From contig OZ024760.1 in NCBI GenBank assembly GCA_964016885.1, forward strand, positions 4,092,001-4,156,000: DNA of 64,000 bases, in the 5' to 3' direction. The DNA comes from Eledone cirrhosa. Taxonomy: Eukaryota. Shown here piece after piece: positions 1 to 11,776 of the stretch (its first letter is position 1; the number at the start of each line of letters is the position of its first letter). The notes beneath the pieces are model-generated. The model saw only the letters and a program-made list of their open reading frames with translations. It made no database searches and had not been told where the DNA came from. The position numbers were made by a program, and so were the translations under genes.

Positions 1-312
1 CCTGGTTAAAAACCAAAAATCTTTTAACACTTTTGTTACCATATTTCTAATGAAAGACACTGCCTATATGTTTTGAATAATTATTGAAAATAATCAACAA
101 TTTGGAGGGATTTAGTCATATAAATAACTTTCTTTGTTTTGAATAATTCTGACATTAATCTCCTTCTCTCACTTTCTCTTTTTCTCCTCTCTCCTTCTCT
201 CTCTTCCCTTATTCTCTTCTTCCTCTCTCTCTTTCTCAGTCTCATTCTCTGTCCTTCCCCTTTCTGTTCCCTACTCAAGTAATGTTGTGCTATTTCCATT
301 GACCACCCCCAG

Positions 313-481
313 ACTGGCACCAACTGCCGACATATACCCACGACACAAATCTTCTATGACACAACCACTAAAAGGTTGACCATGCACATCTGTATGGTCA
401 AAGCAGGGAGCTTCCAGGCTATCGTCACCTATGGAGATGTCAAACTGAAGAACGGTGAATTCAATATACTGGTACTGAACT
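313..481 (+). CDS. AREL1: AREL1 exon (end of filamin-like region)
   Basis: ccag|ACT...AACT|gtgagt; TGTNCRH...[14 protein letters not shown]. Confidence 0.8.
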
Positions 482-594
482 GTGAGTGTTTCTATGACAA
501 TGTCGCTATTGCATCCTTCTATATTCTTATGTTGTTGTTGCGCCTTTGCTCAATACATATTCACACACATGCATATATATATACATATACATGC

Positions 595-644
<50 letters not shown>

Positions 645-976
645 ATACATATATATATATATATATATGTGTGTGTGTATACATATATATATCATCATCA
701 TCATCATCATCAACGTTTAACGTCCGTGTTCCACGCTTGCATGGGTTTGGACGGGGGTAGTCCCACTTGAGGCAAGAGTGATTGTCTTGCTCGCATAGGA
801 CTGTCTGGCAGGTTTTCTACAGTTGGATGCCCTTCCTAACACCAACCACATTTACAGTGTGGGTCTGGGAGGTTTTTACCGTGTTGCCTACACGGCCACA
901 TTACAGCGTGGACTGTGTGTTTTTTTGTCGTGACACCTACACGATCTCATTTGTTTCGGCCTGGATGGCGCGGCAC

Positions 977-1014
<38 letters not shown>

Positions 1015-2323
1015 ATACATATATATATATCATCATCATCATCGTTTAACGTCTATCTTCCACGCTAGCACTGTCTGACGACTGATCCAGACGTATATTA
1101 TTATCGTCTGTGATCCAGAAACCTTTGGTAATGGAGTTGTTATATTGTGTGTTGTTCAATTTCTAATTAAATATATATATATAACATTATAAATGCAAAT
1201 AAATAATAGCCAAAAATATACCTATTTTTTCTTTCAAGTCCCAACTGCAGTTACGCTAAATTGTCTTGCAGCAATCCTGCATGATCCGGCTGGATCCCCA
1301 AGTTTGACCAGCCAAGCTCATGGATGTTATCCAACCATCTTGCTCGGGGTCTACCCCTGGATCTCTTGCTGGTTGGTTTTGCCCGTAAAATCTGTCCAGC
1401 GATTCTTTCCTGAGACATTCTAAGCACATAGTATCAGAGCTGTGATCTCTCAATTTGGAGAAGTAGCACCTCTACCTAGAGTGACTCTCTGATCTCCGAG
1501 TTATGCACTATATATTTTCTACTGTTATTGTTGCCAGGTTCTGATACAACAAGAGTGAAGAAAAGTCTTGCTAAACGAAGTCATGATATATGGTATGAGG
1601 CACGGCTTTTGTCTTGCAATCATGAACGCCTGGAGAAGCCCAAGAAGGTTTATGTCTATATGTCTCCAAAGGTATGAAACATTTTTCAAATATATCTTTT
1701 TTTTATTGTTTATGAACCCTTTAACATTTTCATTACACTATATATGCTATTGTATTTTCACGGTAAAGGCTTTACCTCACATAATATCGAATCTATGAGA
1801 TTTTGATATTATTTATTTTGAGAACAATACTTTAACATAAGTATGAGCAGCCAGTTATGGACGGTTTGAACAGAAAGATGTGAGAGAATTCTGACCGTAT
1901 ATAGCCAGTTTAAATGCTAAAGGTTTAATTTAGTTTACTGCAAATTTTCACAAAAATCTGTCCACTAGTAAAGATACTATAAACCTTTAAATGAACAAAC
2001 CTATTTTAGTGTGATGGAAAAACAAGTGAAAACTGAACATTTGACTGCTTCAGGACTCCTTGTTTAGTCACATGACCAAACTCTTCCTCAATAACATAAT
2101 AAAATATTCTGTCAGCATCTGCAGAAAGTGTCAGTTGACATGTACCAGCTGTGCCCATCCAATTAATAGATACCAGCTATGTCCCTCTTGTCAACATATT
2201 ACCAGCTATAACATCCAAGTTATGCCTTCTGATTTAAAGATTTTTTTTCAAAGTGCTGATTATACGTATAAAACTAATATAACTGTACAATTGCCTCTTG
2301 TGTTTTGTTTGTTCATTTTTAAC

Positions 2324-2357
<34 letters not shown>

Positions 2358-2870
2358 CTGTAAAAACATTGATGTAATTCAATTCAAGAACTCAACGTGT
2401 ATTTTCCACATAGGAGTCACAGAGTATTTTTAGAATAAGGAAATACTAAGTTTGGATGATAAAGTCTTTTATTGATAAGGCTGTGATATATATTTCAATG
2501 ATGACAGTGGCTACGCGATTCGGTGAACTTTGTATTTCCTTATTCTACAACCATTCCCGCATCAAATGGAACAAAACTGTCCAACCTATGCTAGCATGGA
2601 AGATGGATGTTAAACGATGATGATATATATCATCATCATCGTTTAACGTCCATCTTCCACGCTTGCATGGCTATATATATATGTATATACATGGTATATA
2701 TATATGTATATACATGGTATATATATATATATGTATATACATGGTATATATATATATATATGTATATACATGGTGTCCCAAAAAATGTAAACACACTTGG
2801 ATTACCTGCACAGGCAATATTTATTAGAATGCAGTTGAAGTGTGTATATATTTTTTGAGGGCACCCTGTA

Positions 2871-2907
<37 letters not shown>

Positions 2908-5900
2908 TCATCATCATCATCATCGTTTAACGCCCATCTTCCACGCTAGCATGGGTTAGACTGTTTTGTTCCATTTGATGCGGGAATGGTCAGGAGGCCG
3001 TGTCTCTGGCAGGGTTTTACAGCTGAATGCCCTTCCTAACACCATATATCATCATCATTTTACGTCCGCTCTTCCCTGCTTGCAAGGGTGGGACGGGTCT
3101 TATTCAGCACAGCATCTCTCCACTTCTCACAGTCCTTCGTCATCTCCACCGTGAGCTTCAGCGATCTGAGGTCTGTTCTCACCACCTCCGCCCATGTTTT
3201 TCGTATATATATATATATATATATATGTGTGTTTTGTTTGTTTTTCTTGCAGCAATTAACACTGAAAGAATTCTACTTCCTGTTATTTGCAAAAAAACTT
3301 TTTACATTCCGTGTTTGTCCGTCAACTAAGGTATTTCTTCTTCTTCTTCTTATTATTATTATTATTATTATTATTTAACTTTGCTTTTCATCCCTTTCAT
3401 TCTTTTCCTTCAATTTTACTTCAATGGTTTATAACAACCATTACGACAGTATATCTCGTTCTTTTCCTTCAATTGTACTTCAATGGTTTATAACAACCAA
3501 TACGACAGTATATTCAATGGTTTATAACAACCATTTTGACAGTTTATCTCATTCTCTTCTTTCAGTTTTACTTCAATGGCTACAACAACCAATACGACAA
3601 TGAGTCTGTCTTCACCATAGACGATGGTTCTCAACCACCAGTGGTCCTTGCAGCTAAAGAACGTAACATCATTGCTGCCACTTTTACCAGTTTTTTACTG
3701 AAAAACATTGGTAACTTTCTCTCTTTAGTTGTTTCATCTCTTTCAGTGTTGTTGTTGCTGATGTTTGTTGTTGTTGGTAGTGGTGGTGGTGGTGGTAGTG
3801 TTAGTTGTTGTTGGTGGTGGTGGTAGTGTTGTTGTTGTTGCTGGTGGTGGTGGTAGTGTTGTTGTTGTTGTTGGTGATAGTTTTGTTGTTGTTGGTAGTG
3901 TGGGTGGTAATATTGGTGGTGGTTGTGTTGTTGGTTATGGTGGTAGTGTTGTTGTTGGTGGTGGTGGTGGTGGTGGTGGTGCCACAGTCACAAGACTGTA
4001 GTTATAAGGAAGTTGGGGTGAGGCTTGAGTGACTGTTGTGGTAGTTTGTATGTATTGTACCCGTAACTCCTGAGGAAGTTTTAAGGGCGGCGTCGTGACA
4101 TAGTGTGTCTTGGGCATTTTAAGCCTGGTAGAGTCCATGTCCCACAATGTCTGAACACAACCAATTTCTTCCAAAGAAGGAGAAAGAGATATAGAGGAAG
4201 AATCAACCCTGGTACTGGATAGACTGGATGATTTGTATCATGGCATAAGGACTACCACTTTGCAGTGTGGGCTGGGTGCAGTTTACTGTGGCACTAGCAC
4301 TACCACTTTTCAGTGTGGGCTGGGTGCAGTTTACTGTGGCACTAGCACTACCACTTTTCAGTGTGGGCTGGGTGCAGTTTACTGTGGCACTAACACTACC
4401 ACTTTACAGAGTAGGCTGGGTACATTTAATCATGGCACCAACACTGCCACTTTACAGAGTGGGCTGGGTGCATTTTATCATGGTTATATTTGCTTGTTTT
4501 GTATTTTTAATAATAATTTTTGTTGAATTGTTTTAATTCCAGGTGGTTCTGAGACGTTCCAAGATAAACAGAATTTTTTTAATCATGAGATTCGCCAGTT
4601 ACATCACAAACGGTGCCATGACAGGTTACAAATCAAAGCTGACCGCTATCACATTTTACATAGTGTAAGTCACTGTACTTTTGTTTTCTATCTCAAACAC
4701 TGCTGTCATCACCACCTCTCCTTTTGATTTGTTCCTCCTTTATAAATTAGAGCATTTGTTGTTGCTTCTTTGGGCTAGTGGATTGGCAGTAATCGGTAGA
4801 GCATCGGATAACATGCTTTGCAGCATAGAGTTATGACCCTTTACGTTCTGAGTTCAAATCCCATCGAGGTTAGCTTTGCCTTTCATCCTTATGGGATCGA
4901 TTTAATAAAGCACCAGTAATGCACTGGGGTCAATTTAACCCTTTAGCATTTAAACCGGCCATATTCGACCAGAATTCTCTCGCCCCTTTCTGTTCAAACC
5001 AGCTGTAACTGGCCGCTCATACTGACATTAAGGTATTGTTCTCAAAATAAACAACATCAAAATCTCGTAGATTCAATATTATGTGAGATAATTATGCAAT
5101 AGTATATATAGAGTAACTTAAATGCTAAAGGGTTCATCGATTTTCTCCTCCTCCCAAAATTGCTGGCGTTATGCCTAAATCACAAATAACTATTATTATT
5201 ATTATTAAATCATAGGGAGGGTAATGGATTGGCAGAATCGTTGGAGCGTCAGACAAAGACTTTCAGTAATCTGACTCTTTGCATTATGAGTTCACATCCC
5301 ACCGAGGTCAGCTTTGCCTTTCATTCTTCCGACTAATAGTGTTTTGGACGTGAAGACATACAAATGATGAGCTTTCATAGTACTCATCTACAAAAGTCAC
5401 CAATCATTCATTGGTCAGCCTGGGACTATAGCAGAAGACACCCAAGTTGCTATGCAGTGGGACCAAACCCGTAACTACATACTTTAGAAACAAACTTCTA
5501 AAGCACACAGCCATATATAAATAAATATATGTATACACGCAAACACATACACACATACATGTATATATTTACCAATATATACTCTTTTACCTGTTCCAGC
5601 CATCTGGCTGAGGCCATGCTGGGGCACCACATATGATTCTTCATCCTTTTTTCCTTTTTACCATTTCCAGTCATATAAAGCCACAAAGAATTTTGACATA
5701 TCTGATTGGTGTCGGAATTTCGAAATTACTTTCTATGGAGAAGAAGGTAAATATTGTTGATTTGTTTTGTTGTTCTTTGTGCATTTTCTCCTTAGAATTG
5801 TCTCAGTCTATTTTTTGTTGATAATTTCCGCAGACAGTCTTCTTTCTCTAATTTCCCACAGTCTATCTTCTGTTGCTACAGTCACAGTCGGTATTCTGTT

Positions 5901-8900
5901 GCTAATTTTCCACAGTCTATATATGTTCTGTTGCCACATTCTCTGGCCATAACTTTCACATTGTATATATTATATTCTCAGGTCTCGACTGGGGTGGCCT
6001 TAGACGTGAATGGTTTGAGGTGTTGTGTACAGAACTGTTTGATCCAAATGCTTCAGGTCTGTTTAAAAGATTTGCAGCAGATGATTCCCAAGGATTGGTG
6101 AGTAGATTCTCCATTAACTGTGTGTATGTGTAAGTGAAACTACATGGTTAAAGTTGTTGGGCTCACAATTGTTAGATTGTGAGTTTGATTTCCAGACCCT
6201 ACAGTGCATTTTGGCCATGAACAAGACACTTTATTTTACATTGTTTCAATTCACTCAGATGGAAAAAAATGAGTGGCAACAACACTGATGCCAAGTTGTA
6301 TCAGTCTTTGCCTGGACAACATCAGTTGTGTGGAGAAGGGACATTGGTTTTCATGGAACACTTGTCATCAGAACTGATGGCAGTCCAACACACACACACT
6401 TATATGTACTAGGGAGTGTCTATGTGTGTACCTGTGTGTTTGTGTATCAGTAGTGCCTCTGTGTATCTGTGTGTCTATACAAATATATATCTGTGAGCTC
6501 CACAAGCTGTAGTGAAGGCATCTCATCTAGGGAAGTAGTCACTCTGAAGAAAAACTGATACAGGGTAGAGAGGACGCTTAAGTTTGATCAGACAACCTCT
6601 CTAATGCTGGTACCATACTATATGCACTCATTCCACACCGTAAAGTGGCTGGTGATGGGAAGGACATCCTACAAGAAAAAACACTGATAAAAATTATGAA
6701 AAGCACAACATATGTCCAATCCCTGCAAGTATGGAAAAACCAGTGGTGAGGAGGATGGTGATGATGGTGGTGTTTCACAACATGAAATAGATATACAGTT
6801 GTCCCCTGTTACGTTCCTAGAGCACCCGTGAAGAGTGAAAAACCGCGAATACTGGACGTCGTCCATAAAAATGCCTATAAATGTCAAAACATAAGTAAAA
6901 TATAGGCCGGCAAATATGGTACATTGTTATTGATAATTTAGTGTTATGCAGGAAAAAATCTATATTGCTACGAAAAAAGCCATTAAAAAATCGCAGAAGA
7001 TATTTATGATTCCACGAACTATTATTAGTTAGGTTCTAAGGAAAATTCTGTGAATGCCAGAGGTACACTGTGTACTGAAAAACTCCCACCTTCAATCCCC
7101 TCAGACCCAGTTTCAATCTCCTTCTCTTTTTGTTTTCCCACCATAGGTCCATCCCAACAACAAGCGTCAGCCAGCCCAGAAGATCAAGTATTATGAGTTT
7201 GCTGGCAAGATAGTTGCCAAATGCCTCTATGAATCATCTCTGGGTGGCAGCTACAAGCAACTGGTAAAAGCAAAATTCTCCCGATCATTCCTTGCCCAAC
7301 TTATTGGCTTACGTGTTACTTATAAGGTAAGATGAAATATTTTATTTTTTACATTAACCCCTTAGCATTTACATTACTCTATATTTACTATTGTATTTTC
7401 ATGGTAGAGGATTTATCTTACACAATTATCTCATATGATATCGAATCTATGAGATTTTGATATTATTTATTTTGAGAACAATACCTTAACGTAAGTATAA
7501 GTGACCAGTTACGAACTGTTTGAACAGAAAGGAGTGAGACACAGGTCAGCCCTGGCCAGACTTGCCTCCCGGCGTGGACGACCTGTCTAACCCATGCAAG
7601 CGTGGAAAAATTGACATTAAACGGAAATGATGATAATGATATAAAGTAATGTAAAGTGCTCAAGACACACTAGATCTCACTACAGCACCCCTACAAATCC
7701 ACCAGGAGTTACCGGTTCAGACATACATGTTTGTAACATAATTTAAGAAAAGGTTCTTATATCAGATTACTACCTGATGTACCCAACTTCACCCGGGTAA
7801 ACAGATAATAAGAGAAGACAGGTAGAAGAGAAAATGACTATTAGATGTTTGTGTGGTTTACAGTATGAGGTGAGACTGGTGTGTGTGTGGGACAAAAAGA
7901 AACAAAGAAACAGTAAATAAACAGCTTTGTATCCAAATACCAGGGGCAATTTCAGACAGTTTGGTATCATCATCATCATCATCATCGTTTAACATTTATC
8001 TTCCACGCTAGCAGGAATTGCCCCACTTGAGGCTAGATTGATCAGGTGACCATGCCTCGCTCGCATAGGACTGTATCTGGCAGGTTTTCTACAGTGTGGA
8101 CTGGGAGCCTGCCTTTTTACCGTGTCACCTACATGACCACTTTATAGTTGGACTGGGTGCTCCCTGCCGTGTCACCCACATGACCACCCCACAGTGTGGA
8201 CACAAAAGGGTTAAAAAGCTTGACCCTCCACCCTCAGTTTTTAATGTTGCTATATTTTGTTGCTATTTCTTCAGTATTTCGAAACTGATGATCCCGAACT
8301 TTATAAAACCAAAATCCTGTATATTGAAGAAAATGATGTTTCTGACATGGAACTGACATTCTCTGAAGAAGAGTACAATGAGTGCACTGGACAGCTAATA
8401 GGGGTAAGTGCAGGGTACATAGCACTTTATTAACCTTGTTTTTTTTTTGGGGGGGGGGGGGGATAGAGGGCAGAATTTTGTGGCTACTTTTTGCAAGTTG
8501 AGTGACCATATAAAGAGAGGATCCCACCATCATCAGCACCATTATCACGACAACCATCACCAACACCACAACCACCACCAACACAACAAACATCACCACA
8601 ACCACCAACACCACTACTATCATCATCACCATTACCACTACAATCGTAGTCACCACTACTACAACCACCAACAACACTACCACAACCACCACTACTACAA
8701 CCACCAACAACACTACCACAACCACCACCAACACCACAACCATCACTACAACCACTAACAGCCACCAACGCCAACACAGTCACCACCACCAATTTTTCCC
8801 CTCTCTTCAAGATTTTTTCCATCTTTCTATTACAGGTTGTTGATCTCATTCCGAACGGCTCCAAGATTCCAGTGACGAACAAGAACAAACTCTGGTACCT

Positions 8901-10685
8901 TGATCTACTTGCTGAACACCGACTTTCAGCATCAGTGAAAGAAGAAGTGGACAGTTTCCTGCGGGGCCTCAATGAGCTTATTCCTGACAACCTATTGAGT
9001 ATCTTTGATGAGAATGAACTTGAGGTAAGTCCTTGTAGGGCAGTGGTCTTCAACCTTTTTTATACCACAGACCAGCTTCATGCCAGACAATCTTTCCACG
9101 GACCAGTAGTTGCACATATGTATTATTTAAGTGCATTTCGATAAAGAGAGCAATTTATTAAAGGGAAGAAAAAGTGTTTTGAGTATATAAATATTGAATA
9201 TTTAAACAAATCTTTTAAAATTAAAGTCCAATATTCAATTTAACTCTTATATAATTTTAAACAAGTTAATTATTTCTTTACGGCCCCGTGGTTGGAGACT
9301 TCTGTTGTAGGGTGCTCGAACCTGTGGTGAGGAGAGCTTCTATTGGGTCATCAGTTGACTTGGGGTGAAACCCTGTTGGGTCATCTATGTAAGTCTTTAA
9401 CGACCTGTAATTCCTGACGGTGTTGTAAAGGTGCCACAGTGACATATGGCATTCCTTGGGCATTTTGAAAACCTAGTAGAGCTCATCTCTCCAAGTCTGA
9501 ACACAGCCGATTTTTTCCAAAGAGGGATAGAGAGTTAGAGAGAGGAAACAAAAAAGAGATATAAAAAAAAATTGAGCTTGAAATAAAACCATGAATATCT
9601 CACCATTTCCAACACCACTTTATATTATGAATTGTAAAATGTTAAACCTTAGATAAGACACACCACTCTACCTGAATACCTAACCATATCCAACACCACT
9701 CTATATATGCTAAAAGGTTACACCTTAACCCTTTAGCATTTAAACCGGCTATATCTGGCCAGAATTCTCTCACCCCTTTCTGTTCAAACTGGCTGCTCAT
9801 ACTTATATTAAGGTATTGTTCTCAAAATTAATATCAAAATATCATAGATTCAATATTATGTGAGATAATTATGAGAGATTCAACCTTTACCGTGAAAATA
9901 CAATAGTAAATATAGAGTAATGTAAATGCTAAAGGGTTAAGGAAGTTGCACCACTCTATATTATGAATCATCATCATCATTTTACATCCACTCTTCCCTG
10001 CTTGCAAGGATGGAACGGGTCTTATGTTAAAAAATATTAACCAACCTTTTTATCCCACCTTCTACCCTATTTTTTTTTGTCATTTCAGCTTTTAATGTGC
10101 GGTACCGGTAATTATAGCATCACTGACTTCAAACAACACCATTCTGTATGTGGCACTTCAGCAGCCTTTGGCAAAGTAAGTCTCTGTTTGACTGTTCACC
10201 TTCTCTGTTATCACTATTATCTCACTATAATTTGTCTCTTTCTTTCATACTTTAGATCTCTTTTTTAGTCCTACTTCTTCCACTGGTTACATTTCCCTCT
10301 TCTACACCAACTTAACATTTTTCTATTGATATCACCTCCAATGTTTATATGTCATTTCTTATCTCTTGTTTCAATCTTGTGACCTTTGTCACCTCTCTGA
10401 CTTCTTGTGACTTCTCTAATCTCTTGTGACCTCTCTGACCTCATATCTCACTAGGTGCTAGATTGGTTTTGGACAATTGTTGCAAGCTTCACCGAAGAAC
10501 AAATGGCCAGACTACTGCAATTCACCACAGGTTGTTCCCAGTTGCCTCCAGGAGGGTTTTCAGAGCTGAACCCCAAGTTTCAAATCACTGCTGTTCCTAC
10601 ATTCAACACATTGCCTACTGCACACACATGGTAAGTTAAAAAACTAAATATATATATATAATGGGTGTGAGTGAGTGGGTTTGTC

Positions 10686-10731
<46 letters not shown>

Positions 10732-11776
10732 CATGTGTGCGTGTATATATATATATATATATACACACACACATATATGTATATACGTGTGTGAGTCCTG
10801 GGTTCAATCAGGGGTAACCACAGTAAGTAAGGTACTCAATACATTAGGAGAGTATGTACAACATTTAATATAGAAATGGCTTCTACACTTCTACCGGACT
10901 AGAACTGTTTCATTCAAAGGAAATCATCATTGGGCTTTCCTGATGATTTCCTTCGAATGAAACAATTAGGGTTAGGGAATTTGGCTCACAATCATAAGGT
11001 TGTGAGTTTGATCCCGGCAGCGCGTTGTGTCCTTAAGCAAGACACTTTATTTCACGTTGCTCCAGTTCACTCAGCTGGCAAAAATGAATTGTACCTGTAA
11101 TTCGAAGGACCAGCCTTGTCACACCAAATCTCCATGAGAACTATGTTAAGGGTATGCATGTTTGTGGAATGCTCAGCCACTTGCTCGTTAATTTCACGAG
11201 CAGACTATTCCATTGATCGTATCAACTGGAACACTCGTAACTGACAGCATAGAGTTGCGTCCCTTTTACTCGATCTTATTGTAAACCCCCCACTGTCCCT
11301 GTCTTTGTATTGTCCCCTACATGTCGGCCCTTGTAACCAATAAATGAAATCATTATTACCCGCCGAGGTTAACTTTACCTTTCATCCTTACGGGGTCGAT
11401 AAAACAAAGTACCAGTAATACACTGAGGTAATTGCTGGCCTTGTGCCAAAAGTAGAAACAATTATTATTATTGTTGTTTGAATTTTTTTTTTTTATTTGT
11501 TTTTACACATTTCTATCTTCTTGTTATAACCTTTTTACACGGCCAAAACCCACTTTGTATCGTCCTGTACCGTTCTGTGCCATCTGTAATGTTTTTCTTC
11601 ATGTTGGCCCTTGTGGTTAATAAAGAAACCATTATTATCATTATTATTGAAATTTATTTCTTGTCTGTTCTAGTTTCAACCAGTTGTGTCTACCAGACTA
11701 CGATTCCATCGACAAATTCCACAAAGCTCTAATGATAGCTATTAATGAAGGCAACCAAGGATTTGGGATGGTTTAA
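313..11776 (+). CDS. AREL1: Apoptosis-resistant E3 ubiquitin ligase 1-like gene (filamin repeat + HECT); 13 coding exons in window, 5' part lies upstream
   Basis: Phase-consistent GT-AG exon chain. Translation matches remembered human AREL1 motifs (NGEFxIx[24 protein letters not shown], LDWGGxRREWFE, LPTAHTCFNQLCLP) and ends GFGMV*. Confidence 0.95.
691..980 (-). mobile_element. 5'-truncated 3' UTR fragment of the RTE LINE
   Basis: Closely matches 55527-55820 and the reverse complement of the 3' UTR within 53345-53738. Confidence 0.88.
1071..1134 (+). ncRNA. Type I hammerhead ribozyme-like motif
   Basis: CTGACGA (1075-1081), stem II cagacg/cgtctg, GAAAC (1118-1122), stem III ACC-ttt-GGT, GUA site; stem I weak. 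Confidence 0.55.
1538..1671 (+). CDS. AREL1: AREL1 exon
   Basis: gccag|GT...CCAAAG|gtatga; SDTTRVKK...[14 protein letters not shown]. Confidence 0.88.
2769..2868. mobile_element. Short palindromic Tc1/mariner-type MITE (copies 14536-14611, 16024-16102)
   Basis: TIR approx. CAGGGTGTCCCAAAAAATGTATACACAC, TA flanks. Confidence 0.7.
3253..3330 (+). CDS. AREL1: AREL1 exon
   Basis: ttgcag|CAA...AAG|gtattt; [26 protein letters not shown]. Confidence 0.9.
3566..3710 (+). CDS. AREL1: AREL1 exon
   Basis: ttcag|TTT...ATTG|gtaact; FYFNGY...[22 protein letters not shown]...KNI. Confidence 0.92.
4240..4482 (-). repeat. 39-bp tandem repeat related to the RTE 3' UTR
   Basis: TACCACTTTTCAGTGTGGGCTGGGTGCAGTTTACTGTGG, about 6 copies. 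Confidence 0.8.
4543..4664 (+). CDS. AREL1: AREL1 exon (start of HECT region)
   Basis: ccag|GT...AGT|gtaagt; [21 protein letters not shown]...ILHS. Confidence 0.93.
5671..5746 (+). CDS. AREL1: AREL1 exon (HECT)
   Basis: ttccag|TCA...GAAG|gtaaat; [25 protein letters not shown]. Confidence 0.92.
5982..6097 (+). CDS. AREL1: AREL1 exon (HECT)
   Basis: ctcag|GT...TTG|gtgagt; [16 protein letters not shown]...SQGL. Confidence 0.94.
7147..7326 (+). CDS. AREL1: AREL1 exon (HECT)
   Basis: catag|GTC...AAG|gtaaga; VHPNNKR...[25 protein letters not shown]...TYK. Confidence 0.95.
8275..8403 (+). CDS. AREL1: AREL1 exon (HECT)
   Basis: ttcag|TAT...GGG|gtaagt; [14 protein letters not shown]...GQLIG. Confidence 0.94.
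8836..9024 (+). CDS. AREL1: AREL1 exon (HECT)
   Basis: tacag|GTT...GAG|gtaagt; VVDLIPNG...[20 protein letters not shown]. Confidence 0.95.
9729..9936. mobile_element. piggyBac-like MITE (copies near 1717, 4939, 12463, 19022, 27105, 31750, 33141, 41552)
   Basis: TTAA|CCCTTTAGCATTTA...TAAATGCTAAAGGG|TTAA. Confidence 0.88.
10089..10175 (+). CDS. AREL1: AREL1 exon (HECT)
   Basis: ttcag|CTT...AAA|gtaagt; [18 protein letters not shown]...FGK. Confidence 0.93.
10455..10630 (+). CDS. AREL1: AREL1 exon (HECT C-lobe)
   Basis: ctag|GTG...ACATG|gtaagt; VLDWFW...[16 protein letters not shown]...LPTAHT; catalytic Cys codon is split by the next intron. Confidence 0.95.
10980..11250 (+). mobile_element. 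Second tRNA-SINE family (relatives near 6140-6390 and 34955-35150)
   Basis: B-box-like GAGTTTGATCCC followed by shared TTGTGTCCTT..GCAAGACACTTTATTT..CACTCAG. Confidence 0.7.
11674..11776 (+). CDS. AREL1: AREL1 last coding exon
   Basis: tctag|T TTC AAC...; (C)[11 protein letters not shown]...EGNQGFGMV, then TAA. Confidence 0.95.

Noticed and set aside
8447-8790. His/Val-rich ORFs (also 3765-4032, 26543-26963, 33943-34818)
   Set aside because: Degenerate triplet microsatellites with no phase-compatible splice sites, unlike 43720-44252.
10965-10977. TTAGGG x2 (also near 12941)
   Set aside because: Only two units; too short to call interstitial telomeric sequence.
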